From Candidatus Bathyarchaeia archaeon (lineage in GTDB: Archaea; Thermoproteota; Bathyarchaeia; 40CM-2-53-6), in the NCBI GenBank assembly GCA_050013255.1, contig JBEKFP010000002.1, forward strand, positions 416,001 through 480,000: a stretch of 64,000 bases of DNA, written 5' to 3'. Positions 62,176 through 64,000 of the stretch are shown here, piece after piece; positions within the stretch are counted from its first letter, which is position 1; every line of letters starts with the position of its first letter. The notes under the pieces were generated by a model, which saw only the letters and a program-made list of their open reading frames with translations, was not told where the DNA came from and searched no databases. Made by a program: the position numbers and the translations under genes.

Positions 62176-62240
62176 TTTTACGAGTTACAGAAACACGCCG
62201 AGATTGTTGATGACAAGAAACGCAACCTTCAACGCGCACC
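62176..62240 (+). pseudogene. Second orphan 3' fragment of a winged-helix gene
   Basis: FYELQKHAEIVDDKKRNL versus FYELQKHSEIADNKKREL. Confidence 0.75.
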
Positions 62241-62247
62241 AAGAATA

Positions 62248-62582
62248 GTTGCTCAATAACCCGCTAACACGACAGGGCGTCCATTTATGAGGCGTACCTG
62301 ACGTCGGGGGTTTACCACATTGTACGCGGTAAAGGCAGTTACCGCGGCCCCATAAACCCCCAAGGCGGTGAGTGAAACTAACGGAATCAAGGTTAGCTGA
62401 TCAAACGAACCATACAGGAATGACTCGAGGCTCGCAAGAAACCCTAGCCATGAGTCAAATCATTGAACCCTGCTGGGCTCGTCTTACGAGCTAGCCTAAA
62501 GTGAAACCCCCCAGACTAAGGGTCACCGCGCGATTATGCCCCCCTGAGCAGCCCGGGTTCCACAAAGCCAGACCGGAGCAAC
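62248..62582 (+). ncRNA. Candidate structured RNA (nested stems)
   Basis: At least 7 nested complementary pairs, no ORF; strand uncertain. Confidence 0.5.
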
Positions 62583-62628
62583 AACCAGTTAAGCAGGACC
62601 AGTGTAATATTCTGAGGAGTGTATCTGG

Positions 62629-62832
62629 ATGAAGGGGCGACGGTTGTTTGTGGCCATCGACTTCTCAAAGTATAGAGGCAGATATGTCGCCCTAGTTAGA
62701 AGAGAGATTGTTGCTAGTGGTAGGGACGCGGAAAAAGTTTGGTTGGAAGCCAAGAAGAAATATCCGCAGGCCCAACCTGAATTACTTAAAGTTTCGAAAG
62801 GCGAAACGCTCGTGCTTATCGTATGCGGATAA
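62629..62832 (+). CDS. DUF5678-like protein
   Basis: KYRGRYVALV..IVASGRDAEKVWLEAKKKYP. Confidence 0.82.
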   Translation: MKGRRLFVAIDFSKYRGRYVALVRREIVASGRDAEKVWLEAKKKYPQAQPELLKVSKGETLVLIVCG

Positions 62833-63221
62833 GCTTCCCTTACTTGAAAGAACAGTCGCGCATTTTCGGAGTAGTCACCCGCCCCATCGCGAGAGTGATC
62901 CTACAGCGAAAGTATCCGCAATGGATGTATGTCGACTCGGGGGCAGATATCTCACTGATCCCTCTGTCTGTTGGCCGACTGATTGGGCTGACTCGAACAA
63001 GAGAAGACAGGCTCCAGAGAATATTCGGAGTCAGTCAATCTTCCGTTTCAATAATCGTGAAGAAGGTATCAATGCGTATTGGGTCGTCAGAATTCAACGC
63101 TAGAGTCGCTTGGAGCCAGGTCGAAGAGGTCCCTCTGCTTCTGGGCAGAATGGACGTGTTTCCCAGATTCAGTGTGATATTCAAAGAAAGAAATCAATTA
63201 ACCACCTTTTCAACGAGCTAG
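62823..63221 (+). CDS. Retropepsin-like aspartyl protease
   Basis: RPIA, YVDSGADISLIP, LLGRMDVF. Confidence 0.88.
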   Translation: MRISFPYLKEQSRIFGVVTRPIARVILQRKYPQWMYVDSGADISLIPLSVGRLIGLTRTREDRLQRIFGVSQSSVSIIVKKVSMRIGSSEFNARVAWSQVEEVPLLLGRMDVFPRFSVIFKERNQLTTFSTS

Positions 63222-63227
63222 ACCCAG

Positions 63228-63476
63228 TCAGTGCGAATCCCTCATCTTGTCTAGGAGGCGTTTCATCTCCCCAGGGCTGGAGCACTCGGATCCGCTACCG
63301 GCTAAGTCGACTGTGCTTGGTTTGGGTTTCAGGAGTATGCCTGAACCTGAGTTGATTACTTCCAGTCGCGTACCCTCCCTGACCAAATACTTCTTCCTCA
63401 CTCTGACGGGGATAGTTACTCGTCCCTTTCTGGTAACGAGTACTTCTTCGTTGGTTCTGTTAACTTGTCGGCGCAT
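63228..63476 (-). CDS. AbrB/MazE-family antitoxin (orphan; N-terminus supplied by a MITE end)
   Basis: VTRKGRVTIPVRVRKKY; original ATG at 63510-63512. Confidence 0.85.
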   Translation of the reverse strand: MRRQVNRTNEEVLVTRKGRVTIPVRVRKKYLVREGTRLEVINSGSGILLKPKPSTVDLAGSGSECSSPGEMKRLLDKMRDSH

Positions 63477-63501
63477 GTTGACTCACCGGTTTCGTTAACT
63501 C
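63453..63501 (+). mobile_element. 49-bp remnant of the IS6-like MITE (copy C)
   Basis: First 20 bp identical to the copy B left end; flanked by TCTTCGTT (63445-52, 63502-09). Confidence 0.8.
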
Positions 63502-63730
63502 TCTTCGTTCATGGCACAAGGCACTACCAATGGAAGGGCAGTACATAGGGGGTTGCGGGGCGATAAGTAACATGGTTTACTTCAAAACAGGGGAGGCCGC
63601 CATCGTACGCAGCAACTGCAGTTAGAAGTTAACCGTCCCGTGTTGGTCCTCCCCCTGAAATTTTCGAAACTGCGAGCGCTAGAATGTACGCATCATTCTC
63701 GATAGGTACAGTCTAAATTTGCATGCACCA

Positions 63731-63983
63731 TCATTCATAGACAGCTCGCCTGTGGCCCACGGTGAGCAGAATCACCTTGTCGTCTGAAACTAAGTAAATT
63801 ACACGGTAACGGCCGATCCTGAGGGAATACTTTCCTTCCCATTGGCCCCTGAGAAGTTTTCCCGCGTGCGGATTTTCCTCAAGCACATGTACTTCGGAGA
63901 ATTCTGATTTGTGTTTGTCGATCTAGGTCTTTGAGTCTACGCCCGAAGCGTGGAGCGAACTCAAGCCTGAACTTGGCCTTCAA
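63731..63983 (-). pseudogene. relE: Frameshifted RelE/ParE toxin
   Basis: MKAKFRLEFAPRFGRRLKDLDRQTQIRILR / EVHVLEENPHAGKLLRGQWEGKYSLRIGRYRVIY..VGHRRAVYE*. Confidence 0.85.
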
Positions 63984-64000
63984 GACCAAGCTCCTTTACA

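Noticed and set aside
63588-63657. GC-rich hairpin CAGGGGAGG...CCTCCCCCTG as a tRNA
   Set aside because: No D or T arm consensus; a single unexplained stem.
1-64000. CRISPR array, tRNA, rRNA
   Set aside because: No regularly spaced repeats or recognisable RNA genes seen.

Overview
Archaeal DNA (PEF-CTERM sorting signals, DUF1616 proteins, ArnR1-like winged-helix genes, TATA-type promoters; most reminiscent of Bathyarchaeia, which is an inference). Layout: 1-4 kb biotin-dependent acyl-CoA carboxylase genes plus birA. 4-15 kb is a decaying toxin-antitoxin (TA) island with small repeats and a transposase remnant. 15-61 kb is a large cell-surface/glycan locus (flippase, 1382-aa PEF-CTERM protein, rmlABCD, glycosyltransferases, nucleotide-sugar enzymes, two sets of split DUF1616 modules, several gene remnants). 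61-64 kb is a second TA cluster. The most striking unannotated signal is a family of non-coding miniature elements with IS6-like GGTTCT(G/A)T terminal inverted repeats and 8-bp target duplications (10183-10560, 61462-61819, remnant 63453-63501). The two full copies share a conserved interior with compensatory and wobble pairs, which suggests a structured RNA. All three sit in the 5' end of a TA gene, in the same relative orientation, and offer an in-frame start codon. A second, unrelated ~335-nt nested stem-loop region lies at 62248-62582. All family assignments come from motif recognition by eye; no searches or folding programs were run.
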